The translations under genes were made by a program, and so were the position numbers. From Ruditapes philippinarum (Eukaryota): a stretch of 64,000 nt of DNA. The stretch is from assembly GCF_026571515.1 (NCBI RefSeq), contig NW_026856696.1, positions 62,001 to 126,000 of the forward strand. The letters run 5' to 3'. The notes below the pieces were generated by a model that was not told where the DNA came from, ran no database searches, and saw only the letters and a program-made list of their open reading frames with translations. Every line of letters begins with the position of its first letter. Positions within the stretch are counted from its first letter, which is position 1. Shown piece after piece: positions 38,601-52,200 of this stretch.

Positions 38601-41600
38601 TGAATGTTCTATTGTAGGTATTATTACAATACCTGGATCCGGTGGTGGTATGTTACTTGGCGGGTATCTTGTGAAAAAGTTTAAGCTCAAATGTCGCGGC
38701 ATCATCCGGGTGTGTGCTGGTTTTATGTTGGCAGCGTTCTGCTTTGGTCCATTCATGTTAGCACACTGTCCTAGTGACCCACTGGCTGGTCTGGACCACC
38801 CTTACACCGTAGAGTAGGTACTGGTATAAATAACATTTGTCAGGTACATTTTGTATTTATACAGATTGTTAGAATAACAACACTCGAATTGTACTGGCTG
38901 ATAAATAATGTTGCAATGTTCATATTGCTACTATCATTTTGAATGATTTAAATCTGATTTTTTTATTATCTTTTGATAAAAGTAACATGAAGAAAGATTT
39001 TTTTCAGCGATTTTCATGGCGTCAGATTTGATGTTCGGCAACATCTGGCAACCTTCTGCTACTTCATTGCGGTTTAAAACTAAAATCTAGTTGTTATTGC
39101 GTTTAAATTGTGTATTTCTTAAAACAGGAAGTCAACTTCCGGACTGGTGTCAAGTTGCAATACAGACTGTGGCTGTACAACTGAAGGTTTCGAACCAGTC
39201 TGTGTCGAAGATATTGTCTACTTTTCTCCGTGTCATGCCGGATGTTTGTCGTCGGATACACAGAATGGTGTCAAAGTAAGAAATGTATAAATATACAATT
39301 TAAAACTGCTTGTATGAGTTTCAAGTACTTATGTATGAAGTGGGGCGTCCGTGGCCGAGTGGTTAAGGTTGTTGACTTCAAACCACTTGCCCCTCACCGC
39401 TGTGGGTTCAAATCCCGACAGGGACTTTGGATTCTTTCATGTGAGGAAGCTATCCAGCTAGCTTACGGAACGTCGGTGGTTCTACTCAGGTGCCCGTTCG
39501 TGCCTGAAATAATGCACGGAAGGGCACCTGAGGTCTTCCTCCACCAGTAAAGCTGGAACGTCGCGATATGACCTATACTGTGTCGATGTGACGTAAACCC
39601 CCCCCCCCCCCCCAAAAAAAAAAAAATGTATGAAGTCTTAATACCATTCATTTTGATAAACGTTTTATTATGTTTGAAAAGTTGTATATACACATTACCG
39701 TCACATACGAGCAATGTAGCCCGCAAATTCAACACTGGAGATGTGAAAAAATAACAACCTCCGTTTGGCATTTCCACTACTTCGTGGCAATAGTGTCTAT
39801 GTAGTGTGTATTTTCATATTTCTTGTATTCATGTAATATGTATCATTATTAGAATAATTTATTGTTTTATTTGCTATTCACGTCCTCAACAAAATGTGAA
39901 CAATCTCTGCTTCATGAGCTTTATGAACAGGCTTTCCAGTTATAAGGCTGATGGTAGTCTGGCGGGGGTTCTGTAACAATATCTTCCGTGTGCACCACCT
40001 ACATTTCTTTAGAGATTTTACTCAAACTTTCATAGGATGGTATTTATAATGTACACTGGGTCTTATACCAGGAATTTAAGATCTGGTCATATTTGGGAGA
40101 ATAATTGCACTTCAATTTATAACAGTTTATAAGTTGGAAGAAAAAACTTTGTTCTGAGTCAATTTCCTATCACGTCCTTCATGTGTGCTATATATAATAA
40201 ATATCTTTAACGGTATTGTAATAAACGTTAGATGATCACATGAGGGCATATAATTCCCTATTATTTATTTGTATAATAAGTTTAATAACCTAAGGAAAAC
40301 ACAAAATTGCATGTTTAGAGTAACAGATATCTAACCACTTCCCGTTGCAGAGCTATTTTAACTGTTCGTGTGTGTATAGTGCTACAGCCAATATGACCAA
40401 CGAGTACAGTGACCTAAGTATGATTCCAGGATTGTGCACTGGCAAGTGTGACTGGGTATGGGTTTTCTGTGTTCTATTCCTCGTCGTCATGATTCTAACT
40501 TTCGCCACGATGTCACCCGGGGTAACTGCTCTATTTAGGTATACATTTTTTCTTCTAATTCTTATATGTATAAAAAGGTTTAGGGAAATGATATATGTCT
40601 AAACGCAGCCGGTAAATGTAGTTTTGTTATATTTCCTTCGTAGATTTATTAGTATTTAAACTTTAATATTGTACAGAGCTAAGAATGGAGGATGAAACGA
40701 CTTTAAATCACTTTAAAGTATAAAAGCAAAGCTAACATGTTGTTATTAGTTTTCTTGATCTTAAAAATCATTGATGTTTAATGAAGCAACCTGTATTTTA
40801 TTTTGAAGATCAGAAGGTAGAGTGTACTGTCATTTTAAAACGTGATTTATTTGTTTCAGGTGTGTACCAGATAAGCAGCGATCTGTGGGTATTGGTGTTA
40901 ATCTACTGTTTGTTAGGCTTGTAGGTATGTATATATATATGAGCCGCGTCACGACAAAACCAACATAATGGGTTTGCGACCAGCAAGGATCCAGACCAGC
41001 CTGCGCATCCGCGCAGTGTGATCAGGATCCATGCTGTTCGCTTACAGACCCTTAAACAAGTAGAGAAACTGATAGCGAACAGCATGGATCCTGATCAGAC
41101 TGCGCGGATGAGCAGGCTGGTCTGGATCCATGCTGGCCGCAAACCCATTATGTTGGTTTTGTCGTGACGTGGCTCATATATACTTTAGTACTTACTGTTC
41201 GTGAGACTGGTTGCTGTATAATCAGATGTTATCAATTGTCCTTACGGCAAAATTTGTAGGTTCGATAATTTGAGGTACCATTGCGTCTAAGAAGCGGATC
41301 CATGACCGAGTGGTAACGCGATGATATAGTTATCAATGGATCGCAGGTTCAAACCCCACAAAACCACTAACAATATGAATGGTCTTCTGATGTGACTTAC
41401 AAAAGGAAGACGCGTGTATCGGTGATCTTCACCGGACATGTCAAAGAACCAGGATAGTCTCTGGAATGGGACATCTGCAGATTCCGTGCACTTTTCCGAA
41501 AAATAAAAAAATAAAAATTCTTCAGGGTTTTTTTGTCACAAACGAAATACGATAGTTAATAAACCGAAAGAATATCATAACCTCAATTGAAATGAATACA

Positions 41601-42106
41601 TACCCACCTCACTCAGCTCTAAAACATAATAAGGTAGAGTACTAGCTTATCTCTAAGAAAATTAGCAGCATTAAGGCGATACATTTCTAGTGACTTCTAC
41701 ACTAATGAACTATGTATCTTGTTACATGTATTACTTATTTATTTACGCATACATTCAACAGTAATATACCTCTCAAAAAACATACATCTTTAAGACTTTC
41801 AATTTAATTATTACAGGAACCACCCCGGGTCCAATATTGCTAGGAGCTATTATAGACAGCACGTGCACGATATGGCAGGACACGTGTGGAACACAAGGCT
41901 CGTGTTGGTTGTATGATAAAGGCACGATGGGAGTCCGAATAATGCTCTGGTTTATGATACTAAAGATGTGCGGATTTCTTCTGTTCGTGTTGGCCTCAGT
42001 TGTGTATAAACCACCAGCCGAGGAGAGTGTCGACCACACTGTGACAGTAGCTCATGTCAATATCTCAAACACAGCAAACGACAAGACAGAGTTTACAAGA
42101 TTATAA
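32058..42106 (+). CDS. Organic anion transporting polypeptide (SLCO/OATP family, SLCO4-like), 13 coding exons, ~664 aa
   Basis: Exons 32058-32131, 32844-32998, 33701-33874, 34307-34528, 34928-35030, 36348-36469, 37350-37468, 37884-38022, 38618-38813, 39128-39275, 40351-40538, 40860-40924, 41817-42106; all GT-AG, 1995 nt open. Motifs LEKRYSLPSSKSGLIAS, SYIDEN, DPQWVGAWW, Kazal-like CNTDCGC...EPVC...YFSPCHAGC, PGPILLGAIIDSTC...CGTQGSCWLYD. Confidence 0.95.
32600..32687. repeat. (GT)n/(GCGT)n microsatellite
   Basis: Direct reading. Confidence 0.95.
32981..33428 (+). repeat. 37-bp minisatellite (~12 units) beginning inside SLCO coding exon 2
   Basis: Unit caaaatcaggccttataagttagtttcatttatacag; the first unit spans the exon end (32998) and the donor. 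Confidence 0.9.
34015..34160 (-). mobile_element. tRNA-derived SINE, CORE-like, decayed
   Basis: Minus strand ggcggcatggccaagtggtc (A box) ... gagtgcaaaccc (degenerate B box) ... gttgtttccatgagcaa...acttaac (CORE-like). Confidence 0.55.
35156..35397. mobile_element. Palindromic MITE copy 3 (SLCO intron)
   Basis: Same TIRs and internal ggatcc palindromes as copy 1. Confidence 0.9.
38434..38583. repeat. Short minisatellite (catatatggagtaatg) near an SLCO acceptor
   Basis: About 8 imperfect atggagtaatgca units. Confidence 0.75.
39342..39625 (+). mobile_element. Full-length tRNA-derived SINE (possibly V-SINE/RUDI-related)
   Basis: A box tggccgagtgg, B box ggttcaaatcc, conserved body, C/A tail, 11-bp TSD atgtatgaagt (39331-39341, 39626-39636). 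Family name is from memory, not a search. Confidence 0.9.
40940..41176. mobile_element. Palindromic MITE copy 4, in a (TA)n run just after an SLCO donor site
   Basis: Same TIRs; donor gtatgt at 40925. Confidence 0.9.
41294..41460 (+). mobile_element. tRNA-derived SINE of a different family (Meta-like body), decayed
   Basis: A box tgaccgagtgg, B box ggttcaaaccc, body gacgcgtgtatcggtg...catgtcaaagaacc. Confidence 0.55.
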
Positions 42107-42257
42107 TAAAAACGTTGATAACTTCTATATTGGAGTTCACATTCAACTGTTGGAAGTTTTCATAGTGTTTGATAGTTTTTGTAGAAAATTGTCATAGACA
42201 ACCTTACTTTATTAATACATTTTAACGACCTTATTGTAATATAGGCCATTCTTCGTG

Positions 42258-44140
42258 AACTACCATACTTGAGTGATATTCGTAACTACCTCATTTACAG
42301 ACAATTCGTAACTACCTCATTTATTGACGATTCATAACTATCTCATTTGTTGGTGATTCGTAATTACCTTGTTTAGTGACTAGTCTTAACTACCTCTTTA
42401 ATTATAAATCAAGTCAAAACTACCTCTTTATGTAACAAGTCTAAACTATCTCATTATGTTACAAGTATTAACTACTTCTTTATGTAACAAGTTTTATCTC
42501 ATTATGTAACGAGTCCTAACTACTTCATTATGTCACAAGTCTTAACTGCCTCATTTTGTAACAAGTCTTAACTACCTCATTGTGTAACAAGTCTAAACTA
42601 CCTCATTGTGTAACACGTCTTAACTACCTCATTATGTAACAAGTCTAAACTACCTCATAATGTGACAAGTCTAAACTATCTCATTATCTAACAGGTCTAA
42701 ACTACCTCATTAAATGACAAGTATAAACTATCTCATTATGTAACAAGTCTAAACTACCTCATTAAATGACAAGTCTAAACTATCTCAATTTGTAACAAGT
42801 CTAAACTACCTCATAATGTGACAAGTCTAAACTATCTCATTATCTAACAGGTCTAAACTACCTCATTTTGTAACAAGTCTAAACTACCTCATTGTGTAAC
42901 AAGTCTAAACCATGTCATTATGTAACACGTCTTAACTACCTCATAATGTAACAAGTCTAAACTATCTCATTACGTAACAAGTCTAAATTATCTCATTATG
43001 TAACAAGTTTAAACTACCGCATTATGTATCAAGTCTTAACTACCTTATAATGTAACAAGTCTTAACTATCTCATTATGTAACAAGTATAAACTACCTTTA
43101 TATGTAACAAGTCTAAACTATCTTATAATTTATTAGGACGTAACTTCCTTATTATGTATCAAGTCATAACTACCTCAGTATGTAACAAGTCGTTACTACC
43201 TCATTGTGTATCAAGTCTTAACTATCTCATTACGTAACAAGCCTTAACTACCTCATTATGTTACAAGTCTAGACTACCTCAGTATGTCACAAGTCTTAAC
43301 TATCTCATTATGTTACAAGTCTAGACTACCTCAGTATGTAACAAGTCTTAACTATCTCATTATGTTACAAGTCTAGACTACCTCAGTATGTAACAAGCCT
43401 TAACTACCTCATTATGTTACAAGTCTAGACTACCTCAGTATGTAACAAGTCTTAACTATCTCATTATGTTACAAGTCTAGACTACCTCAGTATGTCACAA
43501 GTCTTAACTATCTCATTATGTTACAAGTCTAGACTACCTCATTATGTAACAAGTCTTAACTATCTCATTATGTTACAAGTCTAGACTACCTCAGTATGTA
43601 ACAAGCCTTAACTACCTCAGTATGTTACAAGTCTAGACTACCTCAGTATGTAACAAGTCTTAACTATCTCATTATGTTACAAGTCTAGACTACCTCAGTA
43701 TGTAACAAGTCTTAACTATCTCATTATGTTACAAGTCTAGACTACCTCAGTATGTAACAAGCCTTAACTACCTCATTATGTTACAAGTCTAGACTACCTC
43801 AGTATTTAACAATTCTTAACTATCTCATTATGTTACAAGTCTTAACTATCTCATTATGTTACAAGTCTTAACTATCTCATTATGTTACAAGTCTTAACTA
43901 TCTCATTATGTTACAAGTCTAGACTACCTCAGTATGTAACAAGTCTTAACTATCTCATTATGTAACAAGTCTACCTACTCTATTATGTGACAAGTTTTAA
44001 CTACCTCACTTATTGACAAATTTTAACTACCTTATTTATTGCCAATTTTTTTAAATACTTTTTTATTGGGAATTCGTTATCTACCTTATTGTGCGACAGC
44101 TCTTAACTATCTTATTATTTTGACAATTCTAAACTATCGC
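42258..44140. repeat. ~1.9-kb 26-bp minisatellite with a 52-bp dimer core, downstream of the SLCO stop
   Basis: Unit taactacctcattatgtaacaagtct; agactacctc recurs at 43271, 43323, 43375 (period 52). Confidence 0.92.
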
Positions 44141-45078
44141 ATTTTTAATTTTTCGTGACATACGCATGCACGTATATAGTTTGTGCTTCATACAAGGAAA
44201 AAAAAGCTTGCTGATATGGAAACATTATCATTGCATCCAATATCAATTTGAACTTGAATGATCATTTATCAGGAAGTATTTCATTCAGATATTTGATAAA
44301 TTAAAAAAAAAAAAAACAATAGAAAAAAAAAATATACGCACCATTGTGATCTTTAATCACGTAAATATCTTATGACGTAAATATCATATCATTGAATACC
44401 TGATCACGTGAATATCGTATCACGCAAATATCATATCACGTCAATATCTTACCAGTTCCCCAAAATACATAACAAAACACGAGTGGCTGATACATCATCA
44501 ACATGGATTAGTTCTAATTCGTTGTTTGTAACATTTATATATGAGAACCATAATTTACAAAATTGCAATATTTTTGCTCAACGACGAACACATTAGCAAC
44601 GCAAACGCGCAGAAGATATTAGAAAATCTGCATATCTTTTAAGATAATGAAATCAACGCATACACATTCAAGCCAAGCCAAGTCAATGTTTTTATTTTTT
44701 TATTTTCGATAAATCATAAAGGATAATAAACGTAATATATTGTTCTAATTAAAAACCGAAATTTCGTTTACTTGTATTTACCAGTATAACAAATAATCAG
44801 AATATAACCTAGCAATGTACATTTATACTGATTAATGATGTTTAAAACATTATTTAATATTAAAACATTTATACATCATAAAATGGTATTTAAAATAATA
44901 ATAAAAATAAAGCAATTGTGTATAATTCGATTTTCAAATGGGGGTTTCAACTGTAATATGATTTAAAAGATATTTACTGTTTTATGTATGTTTTACTTAT
45001 TAATACATATTAACTGAGGGTATTCATGAATGATTAAATGCAATTTGAATGCATGCATTAAAACGTGGTATAATCATA

Positions 45079-45314
45079 TAACCGTGTCATGACAAAACCA
45101 ACATAATGCGTTTGCGACCAGCATGGATCGAGACCAGCCTGCGCATCCGCGCAGTCTGATCAGGATCCATGCTGTTCGCTATCAGTTTCTCTACTTGTAA
45201 TAGACTTGGTAAGCGAACAGCATGGATCCTGATCAGACTGCGCGGATGCGCAGGCTGGTCTGGATCCATGCTGGTCGCAAAGCCATTATGTTGGTTTTGT
45301 CGTGGCACGGCTCA
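45079..45314. mobile_element. Palindromic MITE copy 5
   Basis: Same TIRs, left tip slightly degenerate. Confidence 0.88.
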
Positions 45315-45664
45315 TATAAAGTTCTATCATTGAAATGAAATCCAAACAAGGAAGTATTTGCTGACATGTATAACAAATGTTTGAATAACAAAATGCATTT
45401 AATATACAAAATGTATATCAAATTTTCAATTCGATACGTACGTCTGTTTAAGTCACGTATTCCTTCCTATACAAATTATAAACATTACTGGTCGTGTCCG
45501 TTTATTATCGTTATTATTATTATTATTATTATTATTATAATTAGAAGCATATTATATTACAGTAGATAAGCTGATATACTTTATATAGTCGGTTCATAGA
45601 CAAACAACGCAATAATTCTGGAATACAATATGGATCAAACAAGTGATATATTCTTCCTTATTAG

Positions 45665-45828
45665 TTTTTTTTTGTTTGTTTTGTTTTTCTTTGATCGGGT
45701 TTTACGTCTTATCAACACAGAATATGTCATATGGCGACTGTCTAGCTGGAGGTCGTCCTCAGATGCCTCTTTGTTCGTTATTTCAGGCACAAACGGGCGG
45801 TTAAGTAGAACCATCGACGTTCCGTAAG
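45665..45828 (-). mobile_element. SINE 3' fragment, same family as 39342-39625
   Basis: Reverse complement of cttacggaacgtcgatggttctact...gtgcctgaaataa... followed by an A-rich tail. Confidence 0.75.
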
Positions 45829-46292
45829 AATTCCAAGACACTTGCGCGGCTCCATCCCTTAGCGAAGAGAGGAAAATGGTTTGAAAATGGTTACTTTTCC
45901 GCGTCCTAATAATGTACAGGATCCACTGTGGATCATCAACGTTATATATCTGATGTTAATTAAAATATTAACATCGACTACTACCATAAACAAATGCATA
46001 TTTTTTTAAAACTATAACAAAATGATTGTTGATCATTATATATAGTGCACATACCACAAAAAAAATGTATGGAAATTGATCACACGAAAGTAAGCTTCTA
46101 GTATTAAGTGACTATCCTACCATTTTTGCAGGATAAAGATCGTTCGATTTTATAGGTACACGGTTTGATTGCTAAACATAATTTTAGTAAAATTAACTTT
46201 AAATTGGTCTTCTAGCAATTTGATTAACCACGATTTGAATATCCACCCAAACAAATGACGGAAAGCCCGTGCACACCAAGATGCATCCATTG

Positions 46293-49200
46293 TTACGAGT
46301 CTGCACTATTACTTAAATGTGGCAACCGTTTCTTAATTTCCTCAGCAGCGTCTTCCCTATGTATATCTATCATTATCTGTTCTAACTCTTTAAATGTTTT
46401 TCCTTCTTCTAACCATTTATCTATAAGTATCCGTGTTGGACTCGACTGAGTTCCTAGCCAACGTATTCTGGCTAGGCTGCATTGCATTTTTTCTGCTAAG
46501 TTTCTGTAATCACCCGCGTCCGAACCAGCCTCGTTATGAGGGTCCAATAGAATTATAAGCTCGTTTATCAGCTCCTCGCGCGGATCCTCTTCTGGTGATG
46601 AAAGAGGCGAACTAAACTGGAATAAAAAATAGAAATGCGTTTTAAAAAAAGAAGAATTTTTTTGATAAGATGAATTCCAACAATACAGTTTTTCTCTGAA
46701 TAAAAATGCATACTTCACTTCTTTTATTTTATAAACCTAGCCCTGAATGATATTTTTATATTCAGATGAAAATGAATGCAGTATCCTGTTAGAAAAACAA
46801 ACCTTTTTTACCATTACATTATACATGTTTATTAATTAGAGTCTATTTAAAATATCTGTGAACAAATATAATTCACTGGATGATACATACCAATGACACT
46901 TGCTCGGCAATTTTTAGTTTAGCAGAGTTATTTTCATCATTGTTCTGGTATGCTTTAATTTCACAAACGATGTCAGTCATGGATGACCTGCTAGGTCTCA
47001 TGATAAAAGTGCAATGAGGATGGAATGCGTGCCAGATCTGTTCAAAAGGTAACACCTGGAAAGTAAATAAACATACAGCAATGTACAAAAAAAACCCCAA
47101 AAACAACAGCAACATACAAACCTGTCCGGTTTCGGCTGACAAGGCATATATTAAAAAAAAACATCATTGGCCTGGCACTCTTGCATATGACCCTGTAGTC
47201 GGTATATTCCGTAAACGTGATAATTATACTTGTAAATCGGTATGAATGTAAATATCAATTTCGTTAAAATGGTGTTTGTTTAAAATCTTTCTTAGCGTAG
47301 TCTGTAAAGGAGCTTTACTTGAAGAATGTATACGTCATCTGGTAGGTTCGAATCCTTTTTCAGGGATTTCTTTTTTCTTTTGTATTCTAATTTTAGAATT
47401 GCCATTCTCTTTAAACTATTGCAAACCTTTTGTTGTATATGAGTGTGTATGTGCGTGCGTGATATCTGTGTAGTATTTTCAATTAATAACTACCTTTATA
47501 TGTGCTAAAGGATATAGGACTGCATAATTACACAAAGAGAACCATTGAAAGATACTGTATTTAAATTAAAATATAAGTGTGTGTGTAGTAAAACGATTTC
47601 AAATTAATTCTTGCAAGCTGAGTTGAAAAAAAATCATACCATGGTGTTGGTAAGGAATCGAACCAGAGACATTCAGACCGGTAGTCCGACATCTATACCA
47701 ATACACCACGCATCACTGACAAGTTAAGTTAGCAAATTTATCGATATATTCGATAGATACTGGTCAGTGTTTATTCAAATGACCAATACGGAAGTTAATG
47801 AAGTGCCAGGTCAATTTTGTTGGACAATACCAAGATCCACTTTTATATCAATACTCACAATGCACAGTACATTACAATGCGCTACACTACTGGTAGAGAT
47901 CTATGCTGTTTTAAAAAATAAAGCACTGTGGAGGATGGACCAATATTTATCAAAATAAGCGAAAACATTGTCACTTGTAAATCCTTTACACTTCATAATA
48001 TAGACTGTAATTTACCTCGGTCCTATCTCCATCGAGATTCCACCCGTCGGACAATTTGGCCATTTCGACCACAACGTCCTGTTCATTGTCTCGTATAATT
48101 AGATCGGTTGTATCGGAAATCCTGGAACGTCCGTCTGTTCTGTTGACAAAGTTCTCAACCTCCTAAATCAATGAAAAAGAATACGTTTTAGCCTGCTGAA
48201 TAATAACCAAGTGATGTTTTGCCCAGCTTCAGGCCTGACTTTCACATAAACTGAACGGGTGCTTAGCTCGTAAATAGACTGCCCGGAGGAACATTCTGGC
48301 TAGACTATACACATATATACATATTTAAATAGCGCACAAAAATGATATAATTATTCCCGTAACCCTGCTGAACCTGTCTTGCTTTAGTCTACAGCAGTTC
48401 ATCGTGAGTATTATTGAAGAAAGAAAGAANNNNNNNNNNNNNNNNNNNNNNNNNNNNNNNNNNNNNNNNNNNNNNNNNNNNNNNNNNNNNNNNNNNNNNN
48501 NNNNNNNNNNNNNNNNNNNNNNNNNNNNNNNNNNNNNNNNNNNNNNNNNNNNNNNNNNNNNNNNNNNNNNNNNNNAAAATACACGAGAAAATAAGTTAAG
48601 ACCAGGAAGTGTGAATTTAATAATTTATACCTATCCCTTACCAAAACTTTATCTTATGTAAATAATTCAAATATTTATTACGTGCTAATATTGATCCAAA
48701 TACATGTATCTATTACGAGCAGATCTATATTGATTCTAGCTTACTTAATACGTACAATGACTTTCTATCTCATGAAAATGTACGTATTTTATTTCACATC
48801 TTATAAAATATAACCACTGAACTTTCAGCGTTTGGACCACGTGATGTCCCATTAGAAATCATTATCGGACCCAATCTTATCAATTTAGCCTCGTTTCCAT
48901 CTTAGATTACAAAACATCTCAACAATGTATAATAACCTCGCAACAAGGTTAGCTTTTAAAAAAGCTAGTAGCGGCTCGCTTCGTAATTTTTTTCCAAGGG
49001 TGCGTTTAAATGTAAAAATGACAATTCTGTTAGCTGAAGAGACTTCAGTGAACATAAAAATTAAAGTGACATAAAGTAATGGAATCAAGTTCTCTCAGTT
49101 TAACAAAGAGGAAAATGAGTATATATGAAGATGCATGTAAACAGATAAAATGAAGTCCCTATGTCTATGCACATTTACTGTATGGCCTGTTGACCTTGAC

Positions 49201-52200
49201 CAAGTAAATGTTAGATAGGTAGAATTCATAAAGATGTCTCTTTATACGAAGTTAAGTTGTAATATGTTATTTAGTATTGGAATGAGTGACAGATACAAGT
49301 TCTAAAGTATACACAAGTTGTCAATCAATTCAGCCAGAAAAGCCGGGGTCCTATGAAAAATATAGGGATCCCGGGAATTGACCAGTTCAAGAATATAGTT
49401 TTCAGAAAAGCCGGGATCGTATTAAAATATAAAGAGATCCAAGGAATTGGCCAGTTCAAGAATATAGTTTTCAGAAAAGCTGGGATCGCATTAAAACATA
49501 AAGGGATCCCGGGATTTGACCAACTCAAGAATGTAGTCTTTGATTTTTCCAATAAATTAGGCAAATAATTAAAAGTATTGGGATTTCCGCATTTTAAGTT
49601 TGTTAATAAATAGCTCTAATTATATTTATATCCTAAGTTTAATTTATTTAACGTTCATTACATACAATAAAAAAATTAACGTTTAATGTCCTTTCATTAC
49701 GACAATAATCAACACAAATATAGTTTATTAGTTTTTCCTCTATATCTTATACGATCCCGGATCCTGGCCAGTCCGGGCCTCCCGGACCCCGGTCAGTTAA
49801 TATATACACTAAATACCGGAAAGGATAAAATGACCGGAAAAAGGGAAAAGAAAAAAATGCACAGAACCAGATTTACACTTATGTTAATTAACCAAACGAA
49901 AACTTACTACAGACGAACAGGTGAGATCGCTAAATCAAGTCAGTGTAAATATGAATTTTTGAAAAGAATTCATGAAAACAAACATTTTAATCATAATTAC
50001 ATCTTTGCGCAAAAAATAATAATTGCTGCTTTTTAAAAAATGGCGTGAAAAAGGTTTTTTGACGCTATGTAAGACTAAATTTGATTGGCTAAATAATTTT
50101 GGATCCTAGCCCTGATAGATAAATTTTGTAGAAAACTGGAAGCCAAGCTTCGATTAAATTTTTGGATGGATTCGGAGTTTTAGGTTGTTTTTTAGTAAAA
50201 TCCTAACGTAATACCGGCTCGCCGTGGCGAGCTGGCATAAGCCATGTCAATCTTTTGATATGGTATTTTATCATTGGAAACATAACATAATGGTTGAAGT
50301 CCTTGGACAAGATGTAAAAAAATCACAGAGTAATAATTCTAAAATTTACAAGTAGACTTCTCAATGTATTAATATTAATTACAGCTTTGTAAGTCCGCAT
50401 CTTTGCATTTTTTTCTTAATACCGGTATTGTCAAAACTTTCTCCTTAATGTTTGTATAGATCTACAGTCTATAAACATGTATCAATATTAGGTACAAAAA
50501 TAATATCACTCCACGTGATTTTACTTTATCCCATGGCGTCATTTGTTTTCATGCAATAGATCTATAATTATCGTTAATTACGTGATGGGTTTAAGCTACA
50601 AACGTCATATAACGCCAACGTCAATGAGTGACGTCATTTTCAATATGGTGCGACATGTGGTAATTTTTATTAAGTTTCAATTACAGAATGTAATGATAAG
50701 AGTTTTACATATACGTTACCATTTCCAAAAATAATGATTAGCTCATCCCATGTTCGGTTACCATTACCTTGATATTATAAGTCTATATGACATGTAAACG
50801 GAAGACCTTTACTGTATACCTTGAACTTAATTTTAAGCATTTCCCTCCCATTGATAATCAAAAGTTATAAATAATTTTAGAAAAAGAGAAATAAAAAAAA
50901 AGAAAAGAAAACGTACCTCTAGTTCCTCCGCGTATTTATTCAGACAGTAGATTTTCGGTTTGAAGAAAGCTCCTCTCTGCAACTTCCCAGCAAATGCCAC
51001 TATATGCACGAGTTTAGCAGCCATCTTGCCAGGTTTGGACTCTCCAATGCACGTGTAAAGTGTAAAATGATTCAGTTTTAAACTTATATGATGAGCATTC
51101 ACGTCCCTTTCTTCATAATCTGCTAAAGTTATTGGTACCCAATCATTTGGTTGGTTTAATGAGCCTTCACGTTTCATGATTTTCGGAATCCAGTCTGACG
51201 TGACATTGATAGCTGCATGAGAAAATGTCAAGGTCACAGGAAGTCTAAATTTAAGACCGCTCGGTTGACATAATATTACTGGACTTAACAAGCTTTGTTT
51301 TCTCGACATGGTTGGCATTAACTTTTCGTCCCACAATACACCGACAGAAATGAACCTATCTTCTTCTAAAGCATCTGGTGGAATCACTAATGATACACCC
51401 GAAATGTTAATGGTCCCACCTTGAACACCAATTGTTTTATGAACAAATACACCTTTATTTTGACTGAATACGTCTTCAAAGTTTGTCGCAGCACCGTGAA
51501 ACAGAATTGAGGTAGGTATACCTTCCCTCCAGTCTTCAGTAAGAACTTTGCTTACAGCAGATCGTGTATTTGTTTCTCTATCTACTATCTTTACACTTTC
51601 TATAGGAACGTCGTCATTTGTGTTTGTTTTGCTCTTGTAGTAATTCTGTGCAGTCATAAGAACCTGTCCTAAGGGAGGTGTACGGCCGTATATATTAGCC
51701 TCTTCCTTCTGAATCGCTATCGTCATCCTTGCTCGAACACCACTTCGATTTGATATCGCTGACGCCTGGCTCAAAGGACGTCGTCTTCCATCACCAATGT
51801 CAGGATTGACGTCATTAAGTTCGATAGCACTGTCCGTCAAACGTGTGTTGCCTGACGTTATATGTTCACGCCTTCCGTTTTCTATATCTTGTAGACGAGT
51901 GATGTCTTTTTCGTGCTGACGAAGTTTTCCCAATATCCAGAATATGATGATAGCACCCAAGATTGAAAAGGCAAGAAATAAGATTCCAAGAACAGCAAGT
52001 CCAACCACCTAAAATATAACATCAGGTATTTTATACCAGTTGTATTGTAAGACACGTGAACGAATGATAAAAACAGTCATAATTATGTTGACAACAACAA
52101 TGTTAACAACCAGATCAATCTTAATTACAGAAAATTGCAATTCGTACACATTGCACGAAATTGATATAACATATACATGTATAGGAATGATAATAATATA

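Noticed and set aside
39342-39425. tRNA gene
   Set aside because: The tRNA-like head continues into a SINE body with tail and TSD; the other tRNA-like heads are similarly degenerate.
42258-44140. CRISPR-like array (also considered for 32981-33428 and 57858-58699)
   Set aside because: Units are contiguous with no unique spacers, no cas genes, eukaryotic context.
48404-48661. ORFs spanning the N run
   Set aside because: Assembly-gap artefacts.
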